Shown here piece after piece: positions 11,790 to 26,519 of a stretch of 64,000 nucleotides of DNA. Every line of letters begins with the position of its first letter. The stretch's first letter is position 1. A program made the position numbers and the translations under genes. The notes beneath the pieces are model-generated. The model did not search any database, had not been told where the DNA came from, and was given only the letters and a program-made list of their open reading frames with translations. The DNA comes from Octopus bimaculoides (lineage: Eukaryota). The DNA lies in NCBI RefSeq assembly GCF_001194135.2, contig NC_068990.1, forward strand, positions 70,303,891-70,367,890, written 5' to 3'.

Positions 11790-12095
11790 AAAGCATGTTT
11801 AACATCTTTGATACCAGCCCACCAGAGACCACCACTCTTGATTCTGTGATGCAAACTTTCAATTTAACATGATTTGAATATAAATCTTCTATCAAATCTC
11901 TATGTTAATTTATCTTCAGTCACCAGCTTAATAACGACAAAGTTATTTTTCTAAATTCCTCAATATGGCGGTGCCCCAGCATGGCCACAGCTCATGAGCT
12001 GAAACTAGATAAAATGAAAATGAAAAAATATTTTCATAAGTAATTGAAACAAAGGTAGTGTATTTCAATGGTAATATGGTAACAAAATGGTTGAT
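11790..12095. mobile_element. piggyBac-like MITE interrupted by a 60-bp retroposon tail (11967-12026)
   Basis: Homologous to 20671-20893. The insert ggcggtgccccagcatggcc...aaaatgaaaatgaaaa is flanked by AATAT on both sides. Confidence 0.55.
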
Positions 12096-12510
12096 ATATA
12101 CAATCACTTTATGTTCCAGTTAGTTTGATCCATGATTGACATCTGGGTTATAAGAACTTATTTGCTATTGGTTTAAAAATACAAGTTCCCACTCAATTTC
12201 ACTTTGACATTATGTATACATGATGATGACAACATGATGAAGATCAGAAATTAAACCAGAATACTGTTGCTGTTCCTTAGCTGAGCAGACCAATCAGCTG
12301 TGACTATCCATCTTTTATATATCTGGCTATAAGCAAAAGTATGACTGTGTGGTTGAGAAGTTTGCTTCTCAACCATATAGTCTTGGTTTCAGTTCTATTG
12401 CATAGCTTCTTCTACTATAGCCCAGTTAAACAAAACCTTGTGAATGGATTTAGTTGTCAGAAGCTGAAACCTGACATGCAGTAACCAGAAGCTGAAAAAA
12501 ACCTGACATG

Positions 12511-12549
<39 letters not shown>

Positions 12550-13864
12550 CCTTGTCTTGACATCATGTGATGGCTGTAAATGAGCATCACCATCATAGAA
12601 GCAATGTTGTTCATTCCCAATTTTCCATGAAAAACATGTCTGGACTTAGAAAAAGAAATATTACCTTACTTGGAAACAAGTAGTGATTGGTGATAGGAAG
12701 GGCATTCTACTCTAGAAAAATCTGCTTCCAGAAATTCTCTTTGACCATTGCAAGCATAGAAAAATGAGTGTTAGATAATGATGATGATAGGCTACATTCT
12801 CCAATGTGTTCTTCATTTTTTAAGACATTAAGGGTGTAATTTGAGGAAGCTTTGGTTGTTATTTTGTGCAGGTTGGGTGACCACATTGAGAGCCCTGTAA
12901 GCATAGCTTTGTTGTTTACTGAGTGAAATGTACTTTATGTAAATTAAACATATTTTTCTTTTTCATCTCTATTGTTCAAAAGTTTATTAATTAATTTTTT
13001 GGTAAGTTCATAAGTAAAGTTACTGGTTTCAATTATTTTCAAACATCAACCAATGACATGTTGAAGCTTCTTGTTGAGCAAAGTATATTTGGGTTGAATT
13101 TAGAGGAACTGTAAACACTTTTATTGCTTAAGAAGAAAGAAAATAATATTATTTCACATCTGGGTACATTCATTTACTATCGTTGAAGATTGAACTCAGT
13201 TCAACTTCTCTGTTTTCAAATACAACATTCTTCTTTGAGTTTAAAAGTGGCTGGTGGTGATGATGCTGACATCATGCATCATACTGTCTAAAAATAGTGT
13301 TGTTACATCTGTTAAACAGTAGAATCTAGTTCTTGTAAATTTGTGTTGCTGAAGACAGGAAACTCTTTGGTACAGCTTGAACAATTTATTCCTCAAGGAG
13401 CATCGTGAAAAGGAGTAGAATCATTCTAAATCATTTCCTGCTACATACATGCTCTTACATACTCACACAGGCACGTGTACAAATGTATGCCCATTCACAC
13501 ACATATTCACACACACACACACACACACATTCCCATACATATTCACACATACATTCACATGTTCACTAATAGCTATTCCTAAATATAGACTAATACACAT
13601 TCCTATAGAGAAAAATGCTAAGAAAATTGAAGAGAAAGTATGAATGAGAGAATAATGATGACGATGAGAAGGAGAAAGAGGAAAAATAGAAAAGAGAGAG
13701 GGAGAGAGTCAGATGAGAGAGAGAGTAAATGAGATAGAAATGAAGAAATAGTGAAAGGGAAGCAGAGAGACAATCAGACAGATAGATACTGTTTTTTGCT
13801 TGGACCATTTCACCATTTTTTTGTAAAATGAGAATCCAACACATTTTAGCTTAATCCTTATTTC

Positions 13865-13888
13865 CTCCTTCACATGTGTGTGTACATG

Positions 13889-13930
<42 letters not shown>

Positions 13931-14000
13931 CACACACACACATATACACGCACACACACACACACATACACACACATATACACACGCACACACACACACG

Positions 14001-14044
<44 letters not shown>

Positions 14045-14058
14045 CTCTCTCTCACTCA
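13865..14058. repeat. Compound (CA/TA)n(CT)n microsatellite, about 190 bp
   Basis: Directly visible. It generates six spurious HT/CV-rich ORFs in the track. Confidence 0.95.
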
Positions 14059-15170
14059 CTCAAATATACCGTATCTTACTCTCTGCTGCTATGGGCTGTC
14101 ATGACTGTCATAATCAGTTATTTCGTCACCATCTTCAAGACAGCCCTTTCAAGATGCTGGTGTACATGATAATGAAACATGTTTACATGAACATGTGGGG
14201 CTGGTCCCACCAAAAAATACAGGAAATTTTAACTGAACATTCACTCTCAGTACTGTCATGTGGCAAGGTTTTCTTTAGGCTTTTCTGCCCTTAATCCTTG
14301 ATTTTAACACTGCTGCAGGTCTGTGGTTTAACTATGCAACACAGGAGGATTTAACTCTATGAGGCATGACTTACTTATATAAACTAATACAAAAAAAAAA
14401 AAAAACCCAAACAGAATAAATAACTTATTTATGGACTCATTAATTATGGACTATTGTTTTGTTATGAAAGGTACACACCCATACATATGCATACCCATAC
14501 ACAAACACATACACACATACCCGCACACACCAGCCACATATACCTATAAGATAATTCTCTTTAATCTCTTCCCTGTAATTCAAGTAACCACTTGAGATAT
14601 GTAGGGTGTGTGGGTATAAATGTATGCATGTGTGTGTGTGCATGCACACATGTATGTGTGTGTATGCATGTGTGTGTGGGTGTGTGTGCATGTGTAAGTG
14701 GATGTTTGTGCAAGTGTATGTAGATGAGTGTGAGTGTATGTGGATGTGTGAGTGTTTGTGTGAGTGGATATGGATGTGTGTGTGTGTGAGGGTATATAAA
14801 TGAGTGTGTTAATATATGTCTGGTGCTGTAAGAGGTAGTTTCTTATAGTGGGGTTAGGGTGTGTCTTAGTTCCTCAAACGTTGGTAACATTTTCACAAAG
14901 TGTCTCTCATTGGCCATAGTATGATCTCATTACAAAATGTCTTCTGGCATGAGAACAGATATTTTCATTGAAGAACTGGCACACAGCAAAACTTGGTTTC
15001 TCTAGGTTGCTTTCTTTGACTGTGTGCATGAGTGTGTGTGTGTGTGTGTGTTTTGGGAGGAGGGATGGTGACGTACTGGGATTTTAGACTTGAGCAAGAC
15101 ATTTGTTCCCTGAACACATAAATACACACATGCATACATTCTCATTAACACTTACACCAATACCACCATC

Positions 15171-15223
<53 letters not shown>

Positions 15224-15749
15224 TTATATATTTATATGCATACATATACACAGAGAGAGAGACTATAAGTGTTGATACTGCTTTTATAAATACGTGTATT
15301 AACAAACATATACACACATGCTACACATGCACCATTGCTGTTGCATAACCACTACCACTTCTTTCAGCTTACACAAAAAAACAAACCTTGACATAATACA
15401 CACACACACACACATCACTTAGCTCCATTCATACACACCTAAACAATACCACATGTAAATCCCCATGGAATTTAAAAGTACATATCTCTACCTACCTTTC
15501 CTTCTTTCAAAATATTTAACAGTTTTAAAAAAAAGATAAGTAGTGATGGAAGGTGTTCTTTGGCCCCTGGACTACCTACCCTATTCGAGCAGGTTGAAAT
15601 CAGAAATGTGATCAGACATGAGCATCATATTTTTATTTTCCATATATATTTTATCCAGTAGTATACTACTATTACTACTACTACTACTACTACTAATAAT
15701 AATAATAATGATGATGATGATGATGCTTTATTGTTGGCATAAGGCCACT

Positions 15750-17000
15750 GATATTTAGGGAGGACAAAACTGATGTTAAGGACACCAAGTACTTTACTGA
15801 TAATTAATTTATCAAAGCTGGGAAGGACAAAAGATTAAACTCTGAAATTTGAAATCAGAATGTGAAGAATAGAGGAATTTAACAAAATACTGTAAGATGT
15901 TTCATGAAGAAATTACTGGCAGACTTTCATTTCTGGCACAACAACAATAGTTTCAAATTTTGGTTCAAGGTCAGCAATTTTGAGGGAGGGGGATAATCCA
16001 ATTACGTTGAGTCCAGTGTACAACTGGTACTTATTTTATCGACCCTGGTAGAACTTGAACTAAGAACATAAAGATGGACAAAATGCCACTAACAATTCTG
16101 CCAGCTCACTGCCCCCTCCTTTGCCTTCTTCTTGATGATGATTCAAATTTTGGCACAGGGTCTGCAGTTTTGAGGGGGAGGGGACTAACCAATACCATCA
16201 ACCCAAATACTTAGCTGGTATTTTATTTTATCAACCCTGAAAGAATAAAAGGCAAAGTTGACCTCTGCCAGATTTGAACTTGGAGTGTTGAGACCTTGAA
16301 TAAATATCACAAAACACTTCTTCTGATATTCTGATGATTCTGCCAGCTCACCGCCTTTAATAATGGTTCCTGATTTAGGCACAGGGCCAACAATTTTGAG
16401 GGGTGGGGTTAAGTCAGTACTATCAACTCCATCCAGTACTTGACTGATACTTTATTTTATTGATTCTCGAGGAAAGTTAAGGCAAAGTTGACCTTGACCA
16501 GATTTGAACTCAGAATGTTAAGAGTGAAAACAAGGCTTTTGTTCAAAGGCATTTGTTCAAAACATTGTCAATTTCTTCAAAACTCTGTCAATTCTGATAA
16601 TCCACTACCATGATAACTATGGTAGTAGTAATATTAAGAAGAAGAATGGTAATAGTAATAATAATAATCTTATCTACTGTGGGCCCAAGGCTTGAAATTT
16701 GTTGGGGTGGAGCCTAGTCAATTGCATCAGCCCCACTCAGTGATCAACAGATACTTATTTCATTGGCTCCAAAAGGATGAAAAGCAAAGTTGGCCTCCAC
16801 AGGATTTAATGGTAATGACAATTGTAATCCTTTCTACAATAGGCACAAAGCCTGAAATCTGTTGGGAGCGGGGCTACTTGATTACATTGACCCCAGTTCT
16901 CATCTGGTATTTATTTCATCAACCCTGAAAGGATGAAAGCAAAGTTGACCTTGGTAGCATTTGAACTCAGAGTGTAAAGGCAGATGAAATGTTGTTAAAG
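15750..17000 (-). mobile_element. Array of about six SINE family A copies, all minus orientation
   Basis: Repeated tttcaaattttggcacaagg...actggtacttattttatcgaccc...ggcaaagttgacc...gaactcagaatg...ttctgccagctcac units separated by (AAT)/(GAT)-rich spacers. Confidence 0.85.
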
Positions 17001-20000
17001 TTGACAGCCACAAAAGTACCATCAGCTGGGCCTGTCCAAAATACATATGGTTTGATGAAACAATTTTGCTTGCACTTGTTCTGTGTTTGAACATTTGCTG
17101 ACTAATGGAATTTTGTTGAACAACTATTGAAGTATTTAGGACAGACCTATCAGCTAAGTCTGTCAACCCTTTTCTTTATTTTTGGCTCTGTTCATTCTTT
17201 TTCCACAAATTCTATATTTTTATTAACAAGTAAAGTTAATCGCCACAGCAATAAGGCTGTTCAATGTTACTACTAGTTCAACCCCAGGCAAATCTTCTGC
17301 TAGCTGGTTATAGATGTACCCTGCACCCTGTACATATATATTGTCAGCAGGGGAACGAACCCCTACCATCCTTCAGCATATGGGATCACGAGACTGATTT
17401 GGTTTTGAGCTAGTTTGGTCATCCTTAGTTGTGAACACTTGGTCGCCAGAGAGATGGCCAGAGTCCACTCCAGCATATATTTTTATTGTTTCTAAGCCTT
17501 AATATTTTTGTAGCTGGGAGGCAGGGATTCATGACATATACCATGACCAAAGGGATTTGGTGCATGAAATTAAGTTGTTAATGATTACTGAAAGTGCTGT
17601 GCCTGTTTCAAGAAACAATCATCCATTCCATCTACATCAAATTCACAGACGAAAATCACCTCTTGTGTTTACCTTTTTATTTTTATTTGATCTTTTTTCA
17701 TTTTTTGATAATGAGCAATTCAAATACCTCATAGAGCAAATAGGTTTTTTTCTCTTTTTTAACATAATGCTTCATTTAAAGAAAGAAAAAATATAAATAT
17801 TTGATTTGGCGAGAATCACTCACACAATCTTCTAATACCTAGCAGCTATGATGAAGATAAGGAATTAAAATACCTCAGGAGATTAAGCAAATGATAAAAC
17901 TGTCTCTGAAAGGTTTGGCAGTGCCAAATTCATCAAGATGCCACAAAGAAAGTTTAAACCTTTTATTACTATATTTCTGTTGAAATACATTGCCTTTGTT
18001 TCAATTAATTTTGAAAACAATGACAATTTTATTAAAATAATTGTCATTTTTAATCTGGTATTTGGAACATAAATTGACATAAAATTGACATAGAACTTGA
18101 TTCGCTTTAAAACAGCTAGCTTGCAACATACAATGAGGAGTAATATTTATCCTTACTACAATGTGAATGTTCTCTTAGAACAAACTACACTGCGGTAGAT
18201 ACCATGAGAAAAACTTACATATTGGCATTTTGGTACAAAATGCAAGCTTGTTTATATTGCTAGCAGGAAGATATATCTCCACCACCTCCTGTGCTGAGAC
18301 CATGAGATCATGTGATTTGAACTTTTCTTAGTCTTGTCAATGACAGACACTTAGCTGCTAGAGATAGCAGCAGCTCAGTGATATATAGAAAAACAGTGCC
18401 AGAACAGGTGCTGGTGCTGCAATTAGCTAGTGAGCTTGTTAAAAGCTAGGGATGGTCTGGGTTGGTATCATTTCAATCAAGCCCTTGCTTAAGACCAAAT
18501 TTCCCATAATTCCCTATTAAGAAGTCATTTTCCCTCTAAGGTAGCCTCATGATCCACAAATATCAAAATTTCCCTACCATATGGAATATGTTTTGTGTGT
18601 ATGATAAAATTAAGGATATGAAATTAAACACAAACATGACTCCAGCATGTTTTTGCTTATAATTAATGTATTTATTACTAAATTACCACTGATATACTGG
18701 CTTCATGCAATCCTGATTCAGCTCACTCATTTCTAAAAATAATTTATCTTTTTCCTATGTAAAAAAAACTATTGCCTGTTGATGAAACAATTGTCATAGT
18801 CACGCAGTTATCACCATAGACACCAGCCTTATCATCATCATCATCATCATAGGCACTATCAGCATCAGCATTATATGATTGATTTCTAATTATGGCATTT
18901 TGGCACAAAACAAATTTTAGGTTTTAATCCTGTACTTACCTTTTATCTCTCTTTTGTTTCAATCTGCAGACTGCAATCATGCTGGGGTACTGCCTTGAGG
19001 AACTTTAGTCAAACTTACAGACCTTAATACATATTATTTTTCTGTAAAGTCTGGTATTTGTTCTATCAGTCACTTTTGCTGAACTGCTAAGTGACAGGGA
19101 CATACACAGTTGTCAAGTGGTAGTGGGGGACAAACACATATGCAAACACACACATACACACATACACACACACATAAATATATGACAGGCTTCTTTTAGT
19201 TTCTGTCTGCCAATTCCACTAGCAAGGTTTTGGTCAACTTGAGGCTATTGTAGAAAACACTTGCTCAAGGTGCCATACAGTGGGAGTGAACCCAGAAACA
19301 TGTGGTTGGGAAGCAAACCTCTTACCACACTGCCATGCATGCACCTACGATCAGTATTTATTTTACTGACTCATGATAGATAAAAGTTGAAGTCAGTCTA
19401 TGTGGGAATTGAACTGAGAAAGTAAAGGGACTAAACTAAATACCACTAGTCATTTTTTCTAATGCTGTATTAATTCCACCAGTCACAGCCCTGATAATTA
19501 ACAGTGATTTGAAACACAGGCACATATGTAGGTGAGGTATGGTTGATTGTATTGACCCCAGCTCTTGACTAATAGTTATTTTTATTGAGCCCTGCCACTC
19601 CAACAATGAAAGGCAATGTTGGCCTCTTCAGGATTTGAACTCAGGATATAAAGGACTCACAACATCCTCCCAAGTTATTTTACCCAGTGTTCTACTGATT
19701 CCACCACTTCACCATCCCATCCTCCACCACCACCATCATCATCCTTATTAAATATATCTACCCTTTTGTATTAACCTTACACTTTCTTATAAAACTTTCT
19801 TATCTCTGTCTTCCAATCTCCCCCGCCCCACTGTTACTATCTTGTTACATCAACTGGCATTTATTGATTTATTGCAGGAATTAATTAAAAAAAAAAATTG
19901 GGGCTTTTTTCAGTCTTTTGATATCTGCTGTAAGTGTGTCATATTTATCTATTACGTAGAAAGATGAGGAAAATTGGTAGGAGGAGATGAAAGCTAAAGA

Positions 20001-20342
20001 AAGGAAGAGATGTCAGTCTGTTAGGTTGGATGAGAGTAATTGTCTCATTAACTGGCACCAACCATATGCTGGCAGCTTTTAACAACAACAACAACAACAA
20101 CATCGACAATAATAATAACAATAATAATAGTGATGATGATGATGGTGCTTATGTTTGAAATCCTTGCTTATCATTTTGTCTGCAGCAATGGTTTCATTTC
20201 GTAATCAACTTTAAAATTCTTATATGCCTTGGCACTTGCACACATGTGCACACACACATGCACACATACTGCAATCTTACATTTCATACACATACTTGAG
20301 CAGTACAATATTATAATTTATACATACACACTCTATAATCTT

Positions 20343-20348
<6 letters not shown>

Positions 20349-20404
<56 letters not shown>
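20349..20404. repeat. (TA)28 microsatellite
   Basis: Directly visible perfect AT alternation. Confidence 0.95.
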
Positions 20405-20408
<4 letters not shown>

Positions 20409-20670
20409 CACACTAGGCTTACACAAGCAATCTACGCACACGCACAATACAATTTATACACACACACACTGTATTTATCCACATATGATATTGTCTTGCA
20501 CATTATACACACACACATACACTTCTGCATCATATGTACACAGAAATTATTATATACATACATGTATTACTGCATCACTTGACTGAGACACATGCACACA
20601 ACATATGACTGTTTCAGTTTTGTTTTTAAAAATATTTATTTTACATTTTAACATAAAGATTTTTTTTGTC

Positions 20671-20893
20671 TAAGCCTTATGTTATCAACTCACCCAAGAC
20701 TGCTCCTGGTTATATGACACAAACTTCATGTTTTAAAGTGATCTAAATCAAAACCCATCAAAATTTCATGTTAATTTTGTTCTAAACACCAGCTTAATAA
20801 AGACTGTTATTTTACCAAATTCTCTATTATTTTCAAAATAAATTGAAGCAAAGGAACCTTACTTCAGCTGAAATATGGTGACAAAAGGGTTAA
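20671..20893. mobile_element. piggyBac-like MITE, near full length
   Basis: Right end aaAGGG-TTAA; left end is a degenerate (t)taagccttatgttatc. Several family copies occur in the window. Confidence 0.5.
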
Positions 20894-21333
20894 TTTTCTT
20901 GAATACCTTCATAAGTAAGAAAGAAAGTAAAGGGTGTTTCCAAAACCTTTCCAGTTCTCTTTTTTATGGAAAGATTCTTGAACATTCCATTCCTCATCTA
21001 ATTTGTGGTATGTTTTGTCAAACCCCTCATAAATTTGCTGCAGCTATATGCTATGTGTGTGTGAGTGTGTGTGTGTGTGTGTATCATATTTATATGAATT
21101 GTTTTTGATGTTCTGATTATGTCAAATCTCCGGAAAGTACGAAAGGAATTTTTCTTACCACAATTCCTTATATATCCAAACTAGTTATGTTTCTAAAATG
21201 GCATATTCCATTTTTGCTGTTTGTTATTATTGTTGTTGTTGTTATTGCTATTGTCTTCAAATATATTTTTGGCTCCCTCCTATAATCTAACCTTTTCTTT
21301 TTTATCTTTTACTCTCCTAATTTGCAAAGTTAC

Positions 21334-21370
<37 letters not shown>

Positions 21371-23185
21371 TGCACATACCTACACATATGGGCACTATTT
21401 TCAAGTGAAATTTTGTGAAAGTAATAATAAAACTGAATGATATAGACTTTAGGGTTAGGCATAATTTTTCTACAATTTTCTGCTTAATTTTTGCGCAGTC
21501 ATCATCATCATCATCATCATCATCATCACTGTGTTTTTCTAACCATTAATGCTGTTCTTATCTGTATCACACTCATTATTATTAATTTTTCTTGGAATCT
21601 GTTAATTCATGGAATGCAATTCATATTTCCAGTTCTTCTCATCATCTCTTTTCTCTCCATTTTCTGTTTATTTTACATTCGTTTATTTTATATTTTTTGT
21701 CATTTTTCTTTATGATTGTTTCTTCTTGTACAATTTTCTCATTTTTTTTTTTCTTATATTCTCCTTTGTTTTCTTTCCTATTCAAAACATTTTTGTGTCT
21801 GTCTGTCTTTCATTCTTCCTTGCTTTCTTTCTGGTGGTTTTTGTCTTTGGTAACAATCCTCGCCTCTACCCGTCATCATCGTTATCATCATCTCACCGAT
21901 GCGCTATTATCATTGTTTTCAACAATAGTTTTTCCTGTAAAAGACGCCAATCTATTTACATTATTCCTTGAAATATCATTTCCCAATAATCATCATGATG
22001 TTTGTTTTTCTTTTTTCTTTTCCTTTTATCATTGAAACCTACCTTTAGTAGTTTTCATATTGAAATATTTGTTTTCTCTCTTCCTCTCCTTTATTATTTC
22101 ACCAAGAGCAGTGGGGAGGGTTCAAACCTCATCCACCAACCATTCATGTTGTTACTGTAATGTTTTACGCAATAGCAACTTTATTATTCTAGCCAGTTTA
22201 TAGAATTTGGTTTCTGCTTATAAATTCTAAGGAAATCCTCTTAATTCTCTCTCACTCTCACTCTCTCTCTCTCTCTCTCNNNNNNNNNNNNNNNNNNNNN
22301 NNNNTACATTTTTAAACTCTGCACTATGCTTTTTAATATTTTTTGTTATTTAAATTAGCAAGAATAAATTTGTTCTCTATATATATATGTGTGTGTATGT
22401 ATGTATTCCCTTTGTCTACCATATACACACAGACATGTGCACACAAATAGTGAAAGACAGTATATAAAAGAAAGCAAAATGGGATAAATGCATGATTGGG
22501 ATAATTAGTTTGATGAGTTCAAAGAAGTGGAAAGAGTTAATTGTGATGTTTTGGACATTATCCTTCATTGGAATAATTTATAGACTGCTAAGGAAGCATA
22601 AAAACCAAGGAAAAATAGAAAAAAAAATCTAAAAGAAGAAATTCTGGTGAAAATGTAGACACCAATGCTGGCCTGCACAATTGTTGTTCACTGAAGTGTG
22701 CTAGTGGCCCGTAAATAGCACCATTTGAGCGTGATCATCACCAGTGTCACCTTACTGGCACTTGTGCCGATGGTGCGTTAGAAAATCATTCATGCGAGAT
22801 CGTTGCCAGTGCCACTGGACTGGCTCCTGTGCAGGTGGCACATAAAAGACACCATTTTGAACGTCGCCGTTGCCAGTACCGTGTGACTGGCCCTCGTGCC
22901 GGTGGCACGTAAAAGCACCCACTACACTCTTGGAGTGGTTGGCATTAGGAAGGGCATCTAGTTGTAGAAATTCTGCTAGATCAGATTGTATGTATATTTA
23001 AATGTACATATATATATATATATATTCATATATCTATGTACTTCATCGTCATTCTGTTTTCTATTCAGTCTCTTTACCAACAACTGACATGAATTTGTTA
23101 GCACTATCTCTGTTCCTCAAGTTCCTCTCCTACCACATTTTTTTGTGTTTGTGTTTTGAAGTGTGAAAATTTTATCTGTAATTGT

Positions 23186-23608
23186 ATTACGCTTGTCATT
23201 TGTGAATAGCTGAATGCCCACTTCTCCAGGAGGTGGATGGGTCATCATGGTCCCCATGAATGGCTAGCCAGGAGTACTGACTTAACACCCCGTGACTTCT
23301 TTCTTTGGGGTTCATTAAAGGAACAAGTCTATTGTACCAAACCAAAGACTTTGCAAGAACTAAGAGGGGAAAATACAAGAAGTTATGTCTTCCATCCCAC
23401 AAAAGTTCTTGGTGAAGTCAGTTGATGTAATTCCTCAGCGACTCAAGAAGCTGGTAGTGACATCTGGAGCCCATATCGAATTTTGTATAAAACCTCATAC
23501 TAAAAGCTTTCCTCTCATATCTGTTTTTTTTTTTTTTTGTAAAAATTTCAACCAATAAATAATTTATAAGTATTTTAAAATAGGGAGTTACTTTTCAATC
23601 ACCCTGTA
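23186..23608 (+). mobile_element. Tc1/mariner transposase C-terminal remnant with right TIR and TA target site
   Basis: LNAHFSRRWMGHHGPHEWLARSTDLTPRDFFLWGSLKEQVYCTKPKTLQEL matches the WPARSPDLTPCDFFLWG motif. The element ends ...tcaatcaccctg|TA at 23606-23608. Confidence 0.9.
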
Positions 23609-24968
23609 GTTTTTCAGAGGGTACCGAAAACCTTTTAGTGCTACTGTCATGATAAAATGCACTCAGTGCACTCGGTATAGTGGTTAGTGAATAATTGGAT
23701 GGTTTGACAGGGTCCAGTGGGTCCAAGGATCGCATCATGCTCCACTGTCTGCTTTGATTTCTACAGCTTGATGCCCTTCTTGATGACAACCATTTTATAT
23801 GTACTGGATGCTGTTTTCATGCCTCCAGCCAGCACTAGTGAAGTTGCCATGCAATCTGCAAGACTTCAAACCCTAAGTGGGAAGTTTTACTCAAGGAAAT
23901 GAGAGATTAAAGTTTGTGAGAAGGGATCAGAGTAGAACAGGTTTCTTGTTACAGAAAAGCTACATGACTACTTACATTTTAGAAGAGAGAGTGAGAGTAA
24001 CCAGGTGGAGATAGAAAGCAATGAAAATAACAATGATAAGGTGTCCAGATATGAAGTGAATCGAAATGAGTAGGTAGGAACAGAGGAAGCAGAGGTGTGG
24101 TGGATGGAGGTTGCCAGAATATATGGAGAGTGAGATATGGGTAAGGGAGATTATTTAGGGATGCATGAGTTGGGGGAGGTAGGGTAAGTGGGACATCACT
24201 GGCAGTGCAGGGAAGAGAAGGGGGAGGAGGAACAGAATAGTAATGATGGTACAGTAGACAGGAAGGAAGAGAGAGAGAGAGAGGACATGTGGTTGAGTAG
24301 GTTACAAAAGTAGCTTCAAAAAGAGAGGCACAATGCCTGTCTGTCTGTCTGTCTGCTTGCATGTATGTATGTGAGTATGTATGTATATAAAGTGTATCAC
24401 TCATGTTATCAGAGAAGTTACTTTGTGATATTCGAGGGGTTGCAAGGCAATTAGTATGTCTGATGCCTGTTAATACTCAGTTTATAAAGCTATAAATTAA
24501 TATTTAATAGAAGTCCATGTAGAAGGAGGGGAAAAAGTGTTCTGCTATGAAAGATTGGAAAATTGCATTTGAGCCATGATGTAGAACCTATTTTAAAAAG
24601 GACAGAAAAGAATGTGTAATTAGTGTTAAAAAGCATCTGGTGAAACATCTGGACTAACTGCCAACCTTCTCCACAACTACTATCTACTTCATTATTAATA
24701 GTAATTATTATTTTTAAAGAATCATAAAGTAACAAATGGGTGTAGAATTGTGTAGCCATTTGAAAGGACTGCAGTATATGACTGGTACATATGTTATAAG
24801 CTCCAGAGAGACAGAAGGTGAATGTGATCCAGTATTTATCATATTGACTCTAAATGGATGAACAGCATTAGGATTTGAAGTCAGAATGTCAAGGGATATA
24901 ACTAAAAACTGCAAGGCATTTAATCTGGCACTGTACTGGTTCTGCTATCTCACTGTCCTTACATCTAT

Positions 24969-25001
<33 letters not shown>

Positions 25002-25274
25002 CGGTGGCTGTCGTCGTCGTCCTTTCTACTGAAGGTGTAAGGCCTGAAATTTGGTGGGGAGGGGACTAGTCGATCACATTGATCGCAGTGTTTCACTGGT
25101 ACTTAATTTATCAACCCCAGAAGGATGAGAGGCAAAGTCGACCTCAGCGGAATTTGAACTCAGAACATAGCAATGGGTGAAACACCACTATATATTTCAT
25201 CCAACATACTAATGATTCTGCCAGCTCACTGCCTTAATAATAATGATAATAATAATAATAATAATAATAATAAT

Positions 25275-25475
25275 TAATGCTCTGTTGCAGTACCAAGCAG
25301 TAGCTCTCATGGCTTCTGATCTTAACTCATCGGAAGTGTAAACACAAACATTTTCTATCTTGATGTAAAAGATGTGCTACAGCAGATATTCTGCTCAGTA
25401 CCACAGATTTGTTTGTCAGTTGTTTAACCTTAACCAGTTGAGCATGTCTCTTAGTGGTTGATGATATTGAATGCC
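25275..25475. mobile_element. Partial copy of the unclassified (AAT)n-flanked element at 45555-46100
   Basis: Shares gcagtacca(a/g)gcagt..ctctcatggcttctgatcttaactcat..gaagtgt and accacagattt..ccttaaccagttgagcatg with that element. Confidence 0.7.
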
Positions 25476-25517
25476 TACCCACTCTCATCCAGCATATTGA
25501 ACAATGCCACTACTCAC

Positions 25518-25567
25518 ATAGCAAGGTGACTGTCAAACTTTTCTCTGGTGAGAACTATGTCAGCAGC
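25518..25567 (-). other. Candidate 50-nt exon (AADIVLTREKFDSHLA)
   Basis: Acceptor ataattatag| and donor GCTAT|gtgagt; one frame is open. No homology recognised. Confidence 0.2.
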
Positions 25568-26519
25568 CTATAATTATTCCTAAATAATTATAATATTCCT
25601 AAAAACAACCAGTCCTGATCTCTCAAGAACTAAAATGAAAAGAAAGGGAACTAAAGATATAATAAACCACTGTCCATATTCTAAACTTCTTGATGGTCTT
25701 ACTAGCAACTTCATACTTACAAACAACCCTTTGACTACATGGTTGACATGTTTCTCACAAACCATTTGTCTAAATCAAGAGTTAGCAGAGTAAGTGCCTG
25801 GTGATGGTGGTGGTGGTGGGGGAAGTGTCTATGTAGCTGTCTAAGTGGGGTCTATAAACACTTGAAATGAATATTAAAGGTGCTGAATCATTAGCAAACT
25901 ATTTTTCCAATTTGAATAAGAATCAATTCAAAAAGGTCTGTCTGAAATACAATATGGAAATTCAAAATACCTTAGACGATATCATGTTGACATACACCTA
26001 GTAAATATACAATGCCAGTTGGCCAAAGAATTATGAATAAGCACTCACTTTTCTTGAAGACAATGTAATAGAAACACTCATTGATAGGGTGTATTTATTA
26101 TCTGTTTACAGTAAAGTAGTTTTAGTTATCAGACAATTTTGAATTTACTCTAATTTCTTGCCACATATCGATACAGCAACTAAGCACATTTCACATTAAA
26201 TATTCCAACTACATTAATATAATAGAACTGAATTTTGGCTGTTCTTCATGAATTTTGTTAAATATTCTCATTAAACTTCTTTGAATATTTTTTTTATTAA
26301 AAAGTAGTAATAACATAAAAGAATGAAGGAATTATTATCTTTAAATCAAGACATTAAATTTTACTTTAGAAATTTACATGATGGGAGTTAACAAGTTATC
26401 AATAATTCCATGAAGTGGTCAAATGATATAAGAAGTTGTTTGAGCAATAATCTAGTTTCCTAATCATATTTGAAACTTCAGAGCCTCATCAATATATGCA
26501 TAATCAAGTGACTTGCTCT

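Noticed and set aside
13346-13366. CTGAAGA-cag-GAAAC hammerhead-like core
   Set aside because: No credible stems I, II or III and no cleavage triplet arrangement.
13449-14803. Many overlapping HT/CV-rich ORFs up to 138 aa
   Set aside because: They are translations of (CA)n/(TG)n microsatellites, which lack stop codons.
21592-22035. 147-aa and 120-aa F/L/S-rich ORFs
   Set aside because: T-rich low-complexity tract lacking stops by composition.
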